From the NCBI GenBank assembly GCA_902765005.1, contig CACWYB010000004.1, positions 95,179 to 159,178 on the forward strand: 64,000 nt of DNA, read 5' to 3'. Source of the stretch: an uncultured Eubacteriales bacterium. Its GTDB lineage: Bacteria; Bacillota; Clostridia; Christensenellales; CAG-138. The notes beneath the pieces are model-generated. The model did no database searches, had not been told where the DNA came from, and was given only the letters and a program-made list of their open reading frames with translations. Made by a program: the position numbers and the translations under genes. Shown here piece after piece: positions 10,185-18,482 of this stretch (its first letter is position 1; the number at the start of each line of letters is the position of its first letter).

Positions 10185-12032
10185 ATGAGCAAAAAGGACA
10201 TTTCCCGCCGTTCGTTCCTGAAGGGAACCGCGGCAGCCGGCGCCTCTTTGGCGGCGGCCTCCCTGTTGCCCCGGATCACCATGGCTGAGGATGAGCCGAC
10301 TTCCGAATTCAAGTGGGAGCGCGGCGTCTTCACCGATGAGGAGACGGGCTGGCAGCTGTGCGACCTGGAGACCGGTGAGCTGAATCTGGAAGGCCGTGGC
10401 GCCAACGGCGCCAACGCGGCGGTGGCCGCGGGCACGCCCTGGGCAGCCAAGGCTGGTCTGGACGTCCTGAAGAAGGGCGGCAACGCGGTGGATGCGGCGG
10501 CGGCCGTGGCCTTTGCCATTTCCGTCACCGAGCCCCAGGCCTCCGGTATCGGCGGCGGCGGCTTCATGACCATGCGCGCGGCGGACGGCACCATCAACTT
10601 CATCAACTTCCGTGAGTGCGCTCCTGAACTCTGCGACCAGAGCTTCTGGCCCGTTGTACAGGATCCCGAGACCGGCCGCTACAGCGTGGTCGGCGGCGCC
10701 AACGGCAAGGGCGGCCGTGCCATCGGCGTGCCCGGCACCGTAGCCGGCATGGCTTATGCCGTGGAGAAGTTCGGTTCTCTGCCTCTGGCTGATGCGGTCC
10801 AGCCCGCCATCGACCTGTGCGAGAACGGCTTCTACATTGGGCCCACCACCGGTGTTTCTCTGGAATCCGCCTACACCAACATCGTGGCTTATCCCGAGTT
10901 CGCCTCCATCTACACCCTCCCCGAAGAGGCTGCGGATGAGCTGGGCCGGTTCACCTACTTCACCGGCGACCTGTTCAAGAACACCCAGCAGGCCAAGGCC
11001 CTCAAGCTCATCCAGGAGCAGGGCCGCGACGGCTTCTACAAGGGCGAGCTGCAGGATGCCATGATCAAGGCTTCCAACAAGTACGGCGGCGTCTTCCAGC
11101 CCAAGGACTTCGAGGAGTATGAGGCCGACCTGCGGGAGCCCGTCCAGGGCACCTTCATGGGCAAGACTGTCATCTCCAGCCCCCTGCCCTCCTCCGGCGG
11201 CACCTGCATCATCCAGCTGCTCAACGTGCTGGAGGCCTTCGGTGTGGATAAGCTGAAGGAGTATGGCCACAACAGCGTGGAGTACATCCATGTTCTGTCC
11301 GAAGCCATGAAGCTGGTCTATTCCGACCGCTCCAAGTACCTGGCCGCCAACACCGAGGATGCCTTGGTAAAGGCCCTCATGGACAAGGAGTATGCCAAGT
11401 ACCTGGCCTCCCTCATCAAGATGGACAGCTGCCTCACCCCCGAGGCCCACGATCCCTTCCAGTATGAGCACCAGGATACCACCTCCTTCGCCGTGGCGGA
11501 TAAGGATGGCAACATCGTTTGCGTCACCTTCACCATCAACGGCTACTTCGGCAGCTACGTTGCCCCCGATGGCTACGGCTTCCTGCTGAACAACGAGATG
11601 GCTGACTACGACAGCAACCCCAACAGCCCCAATGCCATCGGCAAGGCCAAGTATCCTCTGTCCTCCATGAGCCCCACCATCGTGCTCAACGAGGATGGCA
11701 GCCCCTTCCTGGCCATCGGTTCCCCCGGTGGTGCCACCATCATCGTCGCCGTGCTCCAGATCATCCTGGACACCGTGCTGTTCGGTATGGATATGCAGGA
11801 AGCCGTTGAGCAGCCCCGTATCGCGGACAACGCTTCCGCCAACCTCCGCTATGAGACCCGTATTCCTCAGGAGACCATCGACGCGCTGGTCGCCCTGGGC
11901 CACAAGGTCACTCCCTACAGCGGCGATTGGGATCGCAGCTCCGGCTCCTGCCAGGGCGTCCTTTACGCTGCTGATGGCACGCTCCATGGCGGCGCCGATC
12001 CTCGTCGTGACAACAAGGCCTTTGCCTTCTAA
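10185..12032 (+). CDS. ggt: Gamma-glutamyltransferase family protein with twin-arginine signal peptide
   Basis: The N-terminus MSKKDISRRSFLKGTAAAGASLAAASLL..TMA matches S-R-R-x-F-L-K. GGT blocks seen: GGNAVDAAAA, SGIGGGGFM, nucleophile Thr in QDTTSFAVADKDGN, and GSPGGATII. Confidence 0.9.
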   Translation: MSKKDISRRSFLKGTAAAGASLAAASLLPRITMAEDEPTSEFKWERGVFTDEETGWQLCDLETGELNLEGRGANGANAAVAAGTPWAAKAGLDVLKKGGNAVDAAAAVAFAISVTEPQASGIGGGGFMTMRAADGTINFINFRECAPELCDQSFWPVVQDPETGRYSVVGGANGKGGRAIGVPGTVAGMAYAVEKFGSLPLADAVQPAIDLCENGFYIGPTTGVSLESAYTNIVAYPEFASIYTLPEEAADELGRFTYFTGDLFKNTQQAKALKLIQEQGRDGFYKGELQDAMIKASNKYGGVFQPKDFEEYEADLREPVQGTFMGKTVISSPLPSSGGTCIIQLLNVLEAFGVDKLKEYGHNSVEYIHVLSEAMKLVYSDRSKYLAANTEDALVKALMDKEYAKYLASLIKMDSCLTPEAHDPFQYEHQDTTSFAVADKDGNIVCVTFTINGYFGSYVAPDGYGFLLNNEMADYDSNPNSPNAIGKAKYPLSSMSPTIVLNEDGSPFLAIGSPGGATIIVAVLQIILDTVLFGMDMQEAVEQPRIADNASANLRYETRIPQETIDALVALGHKVTPYSGDWDRSSGSCQGVLYAADGTLHGGADPRRDNKAFAF

Positions 12033-12056
12033 TCAACCCTCAAACGACCGAAACCA

Positions 12057-12081
12057 GGCCGCCCACCTTCGGGTGGGCGGC
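12057..12081 (+). terminator. GC-rich hairpin after ggt (no clear U-tract)
   Basis: GGCCGCCCACC-ttcg-GGTGGGCGGCC followed by CATTCC. It may be an attenuating or processing hairpin rather than a full terminator. Confidence 0.4.
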
Positions 12082-12107
12082 CCATTCCAAAGAAGGAGAG
12101 TATCGAA

Positions 12108-12992
12108 ATGAAAAAGATTCTTTCTCTCGTACTGGCCCTCATCATGCTGTCTGCTCTTGTGGCCTGCGGCAGCAAATTCGAGGCCGCTGACGCTGACGAT
12201 GTGGCCGCCCTCAACACCCGGATCGCTGTGCTCGAACAGAAGCAGAAGGATATGGAGGAGAAGGCAGCCCTTTCCACGCGGATCGCTGTGCTGGAAGAGA
12301 AGGTGAAGGAGCTGGAGGAGAAGGGCGTTCCCGTAGCGTACGTCCCCGCAGCGCAGACCCAGACCGTGGCTCCCGTGGAGTCCGCTCCTGAGGCCGAGGC
12401 GCCTGCCGAACCCGCCGCTGAACCCGCCGCGGAGCCCGCTGCCGAGACCGCTGCGGAACCCGCTGCCGCGACCGCTTCTTCCGGCGGTCTGCCTGCCGTC
12501 ACCCCCGGCAGCCTTGCTGGCAAAGCCGCTCTTCTGACCAGCGTTGGCCAGAGCGCGGATGTGGACGTGGTCGCCACCCTGTGCAAGAAGATCAAGCTGG
12601 ACGTGTATCAGAACAGCACCATCAAGGCGGAAGAACTGACCAACAAGTATCAGGTCATCATCCTGGCCGTCGGCGGCTCCAACAAGGGCCTGGGCGCGGC
12701 TGGTATCGATGCTGACCAGGAGCTGGCCCGGACGAGCGCCCTCATCGCCAAGGCCAAGGAGCTTGGCATGACCATCGTCGCCATGCATACCGGCGGCGCT
12801 GACCGGCGCGGCACCCTGTCCGATTCCTTCATCAAGCCCGCCTTTGCAGCGGCCGATATCGCCATCATCGTGGAAAGCGGCGATGCGGATCACCTGATGT
12901 ACGACATCCTGGCAGCCAACAACACGCCCACGGCGTATGTGGCCAAGGCTGCCGATGCTCGCAACATGCTGAAGGAACTCTTTGGCCTGTAA
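12108..12992 (+). CDS. Lipoprotein: duplicated coiled-coil segment, AEPA linker, uncharacterised alpha/beta C-terminal domain
   Basis: Lipobox LSALVAC|G. There is an internal duplication NTRIAVLEQKQKDMEEK / STRIAVLEEKVKELEEK, then AEPAAEPAAEPAAETAAEPAA. I cannot place the ~170-aa C-terminal domain (VIILAVGGSNKGLG..IVAMHTGGADRRG) in a named family with confidence. Confidence 0.6.
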   Translation: MKKILSLVLALIMLSALVACGSKFEAADADDVAALNTRIAVLEQKQKDMEEKAALSTRIAVLEEKVKELEEKGVPVAYVPAAQTQTVAPVESAPEAEAPAEPAAEPAAEPAAETAAEPAAATASSGGLPAVTPGSLAGKAALLTSVGQSADVDVVATLCKKIKLDVYQNSTIKAEELTNKYQVIILAVGGSNKGLGAAGIDADQELARTSALIAKAKELGMTIVAMHTGGADRRGTLSDSFIKPAFAAADIAIIVESGDADHLMYDILAANNTPTAYVAKAADARNMLKELFGL

Positions 12993-13046
12993 AACAACCG
13001 CCTGACGCGGGATCAACCCCGCATCAAGCGTATAAGGAGAAGAAAC

Positions 13047-14333
13047 ATGACACCGTATGTGATTACATTCGTACTCATGCTGGGCGTGTTCATGGTGGGA
13101 TGCTTCGCGTTGAAGTGGCCTGTGGGCGTGTCCATGATGGCGGCGGCGGTTATCGGCGCCATCGAGGGCGGCCTGGGCACGGAAACCATTCGCATGATGG
13201 TGGAGGGTGAGTTCGGCTATGTGGACACCATCCTCACCATTGCCAGCGCCATGGTCTTCATGAAGGTCATCGAAGACTCCGGCGGCCTGGACGCTCTGTC
13301 CAGCCTCATCATTGAGAAGTTCCACAAGGTTCCGGCTATCCTGCTGATCCTCATCATGTTCATCATCATGTTCCCGGGCATGATCACCGGCTCCTCCACG
13401 GCGGCGGTGCTCTCCGCCGGTTCCATCATGGCACCTGTGCTCATGCTCATGGGCTGTGACGCGGTGACCGCCGGCTCCATCATTGCCATGGGCGGCCTGC
13501 TGGGCATGATCGCTCCGCCTGTGAACACCGCGGCTCTGATCATCTGCGCCGGTATCGACGTGCCCTATGTGGGCTTCACCGGTCCGTTGCTTCTGTTGAC
13601 CTTCCCCCTGGCCATCATCATCGTGCTGCTGCTGGGTCTTAGGAAGGTGAAGAACCTGGACTATGAGAAGCTCAAGCCCGCTCTGGAAAAGCAGGACGCC
13701 GTCCGCAAGCAGTACGGCTTCAAGATCTATCTGCCCTTCATCGTTCTGGTCATCCTCATGATCTTCTTCAAGGTCCTGAAGGTCACCGAAGATCTGGGCA
13801 TGCCGGTCATCTTCCTGCTGTCTGCCTTCGTGGGCCTGTTCACCGGCAGAAAGATCAACGTGCTCAAAACCGTTCCCGAGGCCATCCGTACGGCGACCCC
13901 CGTTATGGCTATCCTCATGGGCGTGGGCATGTTCATCGAGGTCATGACCGCCACCGGCGTCCGCGGCCTCATCGTGATGACCTGCCTGAGCCTGCCTTCC
14001 ATCCTTTGGCTCATCGTGGCCTGCACCAGCATCCCCCTGTTCGGCGCGGTGTCCTCCTTCGGCGCCTGCTCCGTGCTGGGCGTGCCCTTTGCGTACATCT
14101 ATGCCTCCTATCTGGGCGGCAACGCGGTGGTGGTCCTGGCGGCCATCAGTCTGATCGCCTCCGTGGGCGACATGATGCCTCCCACGGCTCTGGCCGGCCT
14201 CTTCGCCGCTCAGGTCACGGGCGTTAAGCAGTACACAAAGATCCTCAAGAAGTGCATCATCCCCATCGTGATCCTGCTGGCCTGGGCCGCCTTCTTCCTG
14301 GCGAAGTCCAAGCTCATCGCAGGTCTGTTCTAA
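13047..14333 (+). CDS. DctM-like TRAP-type large permease (orphan, no DctP/DctQ nearby)
   Basis: 428 aa and polytopic. The pattern MVEGEFGYVDTILTIASAMVFMKVIEDSGGLDALS...MFPGMITGSSTAAVLSAGSIMAPVL follows the DctM/ion-transporter superfamily layout. Confidence 0.6.
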   Translation: MTPYVITFVLMLGVFMVGCFALKWPVGVSMMAAAVIGAIEGGLGTETIRMMVEGEFGYVDTILTIASAMVFMKVIEDSGGLDALSSLIIEKFHKVPAILLILIMFIIMFPGMITGSSTAAVLSAGSIMAPVLMLMGCDAVTAGSIIAMGGLLGMIAPPVNTAALIICAGIDVPYVGFTGPLLLLTFPLAIIIVLLLGLRKVKNLDYEKLKPALEKQDAVRKQYGFKIYLPFIVLVILMIFFKVLKVTEDLGMPVIFLLSAFVGLFTGRKINVLKTVPEAIRTATPVMAILMGVGMFIEVMTATGVRGLIVMTCLSLPSILWLIVACTSIPLFGAVSSFGACSVLGVPFAYIYASYLGGNAVVVLAAISLIASVGDMMPPTALAGLFAAQVTGVKQYTKILKKCIIPIVILLAWAAFFLAKSKLIAGLF

Positions 14334-14346
14334 GGAGGAAGCAGCT

Positions 14347-14502
14347 ATGACATTCACTACGATCATTTATCTTGCTATTGCTGTGATGGTCTTTGCCAGC
14401 GTCCTCTACAATATGCTCTTCAAGGAAACCAAGGTCGTGGATAAGATCAGCTGTGCGATGATCCTGGTCTGCTTGATCCTTCGGATCTTCATGATCAAAT
14501 AA
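14347..14502 (+). CDS. 51-aa two-TM membrane micro-protein (absent from the supplied ORF track)
   Basis: ATG 14347 follows AAGGAGGAAGCAGCT. It reads MTFTTIIYLAIAVMVFASVLYNMLFKETKVVDKISCAMILVCLILRIFMIK with stop TAA 14500-14502. It is tightly packed between the permease and the next gene's RBS. Confidence 0.5.
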   Translation: MTFTTIIYLAIAVMVFASVLYNMLFKETKVVDKISCAMILVCLILRIFMIK

Positions 14503-14514
14503 GGAGGTAGAGCA

Positions 14515-15654
14515 ATGAAGAAAAAAGGCATTATCAGCACCTGTATCATTCTGGCCATCGCCATCGTCTGCACGGTGATCGCCGGCACCAGCTTCTATAA
14601 CAAGCGCAACTTCAAGGAAGACATCGTGACCGAAGGCAGCGCCGTCACCCGGACCTACAAGCTTTCCACCTACAACAAAAACCTGAAGGGCACCATCGCC
14701 AACGTGGATATCTACGTGCTGGAGGGCAAGGAGCCCGGTGGCAGCATCCTAATCCTGGGCGGCACCCATGCCAATGAGCCTGCGGGCCATATGGCGGCCA
14801 TCGTGATGCTGGAGCAGCTTACGGTGGAGAAGGGCACGGTCTATGTGATCCCGCAGATCAACATGTCCGGCCTGTCCCACAACGACCCCCTGGAGGGCCA
14901 GCCCCAGTTCATACACTTCACCACCAAGGACGGCAGCGTGCGGACCTTCCATTTCGGCTCCCGTGCCGCCAACCCCATCGATCAGTGGCCCGATCCGGAC
15001 ATCTACACCCATAAGCCTTCCGGCCAGGGTCTGTCCGGCTCCGAGACCCGGAACCTGAACCGGTGCTATCCCGGCCAGAAGTACGGCACCCTGTCCGAGC
15101 AGGTGGCCTACGCAGTGACCAACATGATCAACACCGAGAAGATCGACATGGAGATCGACCTGCATGAGTCCAGCCCCGAATACGCGGTGAACAACGCCTG
15201 CGTGGCCCATGAGCGGGCCATGGCCATCGCCGCCGAGGGCGTGCTGAACCTGGAGATGGACGACATCAGCATGCGTCTGGAGCCCTCGCCCGTGACCCTC
15301 CACGGCCTTACGCACCGGGAGCTGGGCGACTTCACGGACACCTACGCCCTGCTCCTTGAGGTGGGCAACCCCTCTCAGGGCCGGTTCCGGGGCTACACGG
15401 ATGAAAAGCTGGTCATCACCGGCGAGGATCCCTGCTACGTCATCGCCCAGAAACTGGGCCTGCTGTACGTGGATTACAGTGCCGGCAACTTCCCCCTCTC
15501 GCTGCGCGTGGCCCGTCACGTGGCCGGCTGCGCGGCCTTCATCCAGGCCTATAACGACAGCCTGGACGACGACGCCCGTGCCATCATCATCGACAACGTG
15601 CCCGATTATCATGAAATGGTGGAGACCGACGATCTGGGCCTGTATCTTCGGTAA
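14515..15654 (+). CDS. Succinylglutamate desuccinylase/aspartoacylase (AstE/AspA, M14-like) family zinc hydrolase, membrane-anchored
   Basis: It has an N-terminal TM (IISTCIILAIAIVCTVIAG). Zinc motifs seen: GGTHANEPAG (HxxE) and IDLHES. Confidence 0.7.
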   Translation: MKKKGIISTCIILAIAIVCTVIAGTSFYNKRNFKEDIVTEGSAVTRTYKLSTYNKNLKGTIANVDIYVLEGKEPGGSILILGGTHANEPAGHMAAIVMLEQLTVEKGTVYVIPQINMSGLSHNDPLEGQPQFIHFTTKDGSVRTFHFGSRAANPIDQWPDPDIYTHKPSGQGLSGSETRNLNRCYPGQKYGTLSEQVAYAVTNMINTEKIDMEIDLHESSPEYAVNNACVAHERAMAIAAEGVLNLEMDDISMRLEPSPVTLHGLTHRELGDFTDTYALLLEVGNPSQGRFRGYTDEKLVITGEDPCYVIAQKLGLLYVDYSAGNFPLSLRVARHVAGCAAFIQAYNDSLDDDARAIIIDNVPDYHEMVETDDLGLYLR

Positions 15655-15668
15655 GCCAATCACCAGGC

Positions 15669-15700
15669 AAAGGGGCGGCGAGTCATCGCTGTCCCTTTTT
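15669..15700 (+). terminator. Imperfect hairpin plus T-run
   Basis: GGGGCGGCGA-gtca-TCGCTGTCCC (8 of 10 positions pair) followed by TTTTT. Confidence 0.4.
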
Positions 15701-15815
15701 CTATTCGCAAAAAGATTTCTCTTGAGATGACCCGGTCCGGACAAAAGAAAAACTGGACAGAGAACACACGGAAGATTACAATAAAAAATAACGAAAACGT
15801 TTCTGCGAGATCGAA

Positions 15816-16985
15816 ATGGATAGAACCGAGATACTCATTCTGATACTGTCCCTGCTCCTCTTTGCGCGGTTGGTTTGGGAAGCCCTTCGAGCCCGCAAGG
15901 ATCGGAAGGCTGTTTCCCATGTGGTCTATGTGAACGGCACCCGGGGCAAGTCCACCGTCACCCGGATGATCGCCGCGGGCCTGTCCGCCGGGGGGCATCG
16001 GGTCCTGTGCAAAACCACCGGCACTCTGCCCATCGCCATCCATCCCAACGGCCGGCAGGAGCTCATCGAGCGAAAAGCCCCGGCCAACATCCGGGAGCAG
16101 CTCACCTATCTGCATAAGGCGGCCAAGGAGCAGGCGGATATTCTGGTCATCGAATGCATGGCCCTGCAGCCCGAGTATCAGCGGGTGTCCGGGCGGGACA
16201 TGCTCGCCTGCGACGTGGGCGTCATCACCAACGCCCGGCTGGACCACATGGACGTCATGGGCCAGACCCGGGAGGAGATCCTCACCTGCCTTATGGAAAT
16301 GCTCCCCAAGGACGGAAAGATCTTTACGGCGGAGCGGGATTTTCCCGCCATGCTGGAGAAAAAAGCCCGGGAGCTGGGCAGCGCTCTGACCATCACAGAC
16401 CCGGCGTCCGTGGAAGATATCCCCGGGGCCATGGAGCTGGACTTCCCCGAGAACGTGGCCCTGGCCCTGGCGGTCTGCCAGGGGCTGGGGGTGGATCGAC
16501 CGACCGCCTTTGAGGGCATCCGTCATTTCGTGCGGGACCCCTTCGCTCTGTCCGTTTTCTCGGGGAAAAACCTGACTTTCGTCAATGCCCTTTCCGCCAA
16601 CGACGTGAGCTCCACCCAGATGATCTATGAGAAGACCCGGGGCCCGGCAGAGGAGGAGTTGGTCATCCTCATCAACAACCGGGGGGACCGTCCCGCCCGG
16701 GCCCGGGACATGGCCCGGCTTTGCCGGGTGATGCAGCCTAAAAGGATCTGGCTCCTGGGGGACGAGCAGCAGGCCCTGTCCCGGCTGTGCCGGCGGGCGG
16801 CGCCGGAGGCGGACATACAGGGGTTCCAAAGGGCGGAGCAGATCCCCCTTGAAAGCCAGGCGCCCCGGCTGATCCTGGCGGTGGGGAACATCAAAAATGA
16901 GGGCATGCGCCTGGTGGAGCGGGCCCAGCGGGAGCTGCAGGAGAAGCCGGTCATGAAGGAGGCGGAGAAGAGCCGTGTACAGTAA
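15816..16985 (+). CDS. pgsB: Poly-gamma-glutamate synthase PgsB/CapB
   Basis: It has an N-terminal TM followed by the Mur-ligase P-loop VYVNGTRGKSTVTRMI. At 389 aa it is collinear with PgsB (IECMALQPEYQ, ITNARLDHMDVMG). Confidence 0.9.
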   Translation: MDRTEILILILSLLLFARLVWEALRARKDRKAVSHVVYVNGTRGKSTVTRMIAAGLSAGGHRVLCKTTGTLPIAIHPNGRQELIERKAPANIREQLTYLHKAAKEQADILVIECMALQPEYQRVSGRDMLACDVGVITNARLDHMDVMGQTREEILTCLMEMLPKDGKIFTAERDFPAMLEKKARELGSALTITDPASVEDIPGAMELDFPENVALALAVCQGLGVDRPTAFEGIRHFVRDPFALSVFSGKNLTFVNALSANDVSSTQMIYEKTRGPAEEELVILINNRGDRPARARDMARLCRVMQPKRIWLLGDEQQALSRLCRRAAPEADIQGFQRAEQIPLESQAPRLILAVGNIKNEGMRLVERAQRELQEKPVMKEAEKSRVQ

Positions 16986-17397
16986 GATCGTCATCGTGGG
17001 CGTGTTGATCGCCGTTCTATATTCCGAGATAACGGGCCTTTCCACCGGCGGCCTGGTGGCTCCGGTGTACTTCGCCCTGAGCTTGAACGACCCCTGGCGC
17101 ATCGGCTACACCCTGGCCATCATCCTGGGGGTCTATGGCCTTGACAGGCTCCTGAGCCGGTTTTTGATCCTTTACGGCAGGCGGCTCTTCGCCGTGAATG
17201 TGATTTTGAGCTTCGCCCTCACCTATCTGGTGGGCCTTTCGGGGGTATTGCCCTTCGGCATCCGGATCATCGGCTACCTGGTCCCCGCCCTGATCGTGCG
17301 GGATCTGCAGCGGCAGGGCTTTGTGAAAACCGGCATCTCCCTGGGGGCGGTCACGGCCCTGTGCGCCCTGTGCCTTATGTGGGTGGGCATGCTATGA
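16975..17397 (+). CDS. pgsC: Poly-gamma-glutamate synthesis membrane protein PgsC/CapC
   Basis: GTG 16975 overlaps the pgsB end. It is 140 aa with 4 TM segments. The blocks EITGLSTGGLVAPVYFAL, ILYGRRLFAV and GYLVPALIVRDLQRQG match PgsC. Confidence 0.9.
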   Translation: MYSKIVIVGVLIAVLYSEITGLSTGGLVAPVYFALSLNDPWRIGYTLAIILGVYGLDRLLSRFLILYGRRLFAVNVILSFALTYLVGLSGVLPFGIRIIGYLVPALIVRDLQRQGFVKTGISLGAVTALCALCLMWVGML

Positions 17398-18482
17398 GCG
17401 GCAAGCGGCTGGCTCTACAATGGGGGTGCTTGGCCCTCTCCCTTCTTTTGGTCCTGGGAGCAGGCATTCTCGCCCGGCGCCAAAGGCGGCTGCCCTATGC
17501 TCAAAAGATGGAGGAAGCGGCCCGGCTCCATGAGCAGGCGACGGCCCTCATCCGGGAGGAGAAGGCGAGGCGTGGCGTGGCCCTTGCAGCGGAGGATACC
17601 CTGGGCATCGGCCTGCTGGGCTACGATTTCACCGCCATCATGACCACCGCCGCCGGCCTGGAGGAAAAGCGCACCAGCCAGCTGCCAGACTTTGCCGCCC
17701 TCTGCGTCCGCTACTTTTCGGAGGCGGGTCTGCAGCCCGGGGACCCGGTGGGCGCCAACTTCTCCGGCTCCTATCCGGGGCTCAATCTGGCCGCCCTTTG
17801 CGCCGCGGAGGTCATGGGCTTGGACCTGCGCTATTCCACCTCCGTGGGCTCCTCTAAATATGGGGCCAACAACCCGGAGTATACCTTTCCCGAGATGGCC
17901 AAAACCCTCTATGACGCCGGCCTTATCTCCGCCCTGCCCGTGCTGGTCACCATGGGCGGCGGGGGCGACATGGGTTACAATATGATGGCCTATGTGCTGG
18001 AAGAGGAGGAGGATCTGCAGGCGGTGGAGGCCCTGAAGCGCCGTTTGGCGGCGGCGGACCTCACCCCGGCGGCCATCGAAAGCTTTGGGCAGGATATTGA
18101 GCTCCATGAGCGGCTCTACGGAAACATCAAGGCCTTCGTGAACGCCGGGGGCAACAGCCTGGGCCTGGGCTCCTCCGACAACACACGCATGCTCTCCCTG
18201 GGCAGCGGACTTCTTGCGCCGCAGCCCATCCAGATCAGCCCCAACAGCGGCCTTACGGAGCGATATTTTGCCAAGGGCATCCCCACCATCCACCTGCTGA
18301 ATGTGCGCGCCCTCTGCACCGAAAGCGGCATCCCCTTCGACCCGAAGACCCTGCCGGCCATCGGCGCCGCCGCCATGTACTATGGGGGCACCTACGCGCC
18401 CCTTTCCCTCCTGGCCCTGCTCCTTGCCACGGGGGGAGCGGCCGGATTCTTTCTTTTGAAGCGAAGGGAGGCGAAGCCATGA
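17394..18482 (+). CDS. Poly-gamma-glutamate system accessory protein, paralog 1 (bitopic: N- and C-terminal TM)
   Basis: ATGA overlap with pgsC. From memory it resembles the 'poly-gamma-glutamate system protein' family that accompanies pgsB/pgsC when pgsA is missing. The C-terminal TM plus KRREAKP tail is seen directly. Confidence 0.65.
   Translation: MSGKRLALQWGCLALSLLLVLGAGILARRQRRLPYAQKMEEAARLHEQATALIREEKARRGVALAAEDTLGIGLLGYDFTAIMTTAAGLEEKRTSQLPDFAALCVRYFSEAGLQPGDPVGANFSGSYPGLNLAALCAAEVMGLDLRYSTSVGSSKYGANNPEYTFPEMAKTLYDAGLISALPVLVTMGGGGDMGYNMMAYVLEEEEDLQAVEALKRRLAAADLTPAAIESFGQDIELHERLYGNIKAFVNAGGNSLGLGSSDNTRMLSLGSGLLAPQPIQISPNSGLTERYFAKGIPTIHLLNVRALCTESGIPFDPKTLPAIGAAAMYYGGTYAPLSLLALLLATGGAAGFFLLKRREAKP

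Noticed and set aside
12390-12480. A GCx-rich tandem repeat (AEPAAEPAAEPAAETAAEPAA) as an independent repeat feature or mobile signature.
   Set aside because: It is a short in-frame low-complexity linker inside the lipoprotein gene. Comparable Pro/Thr/Glu linkers occur in other secreted proteins here (61306-61370).
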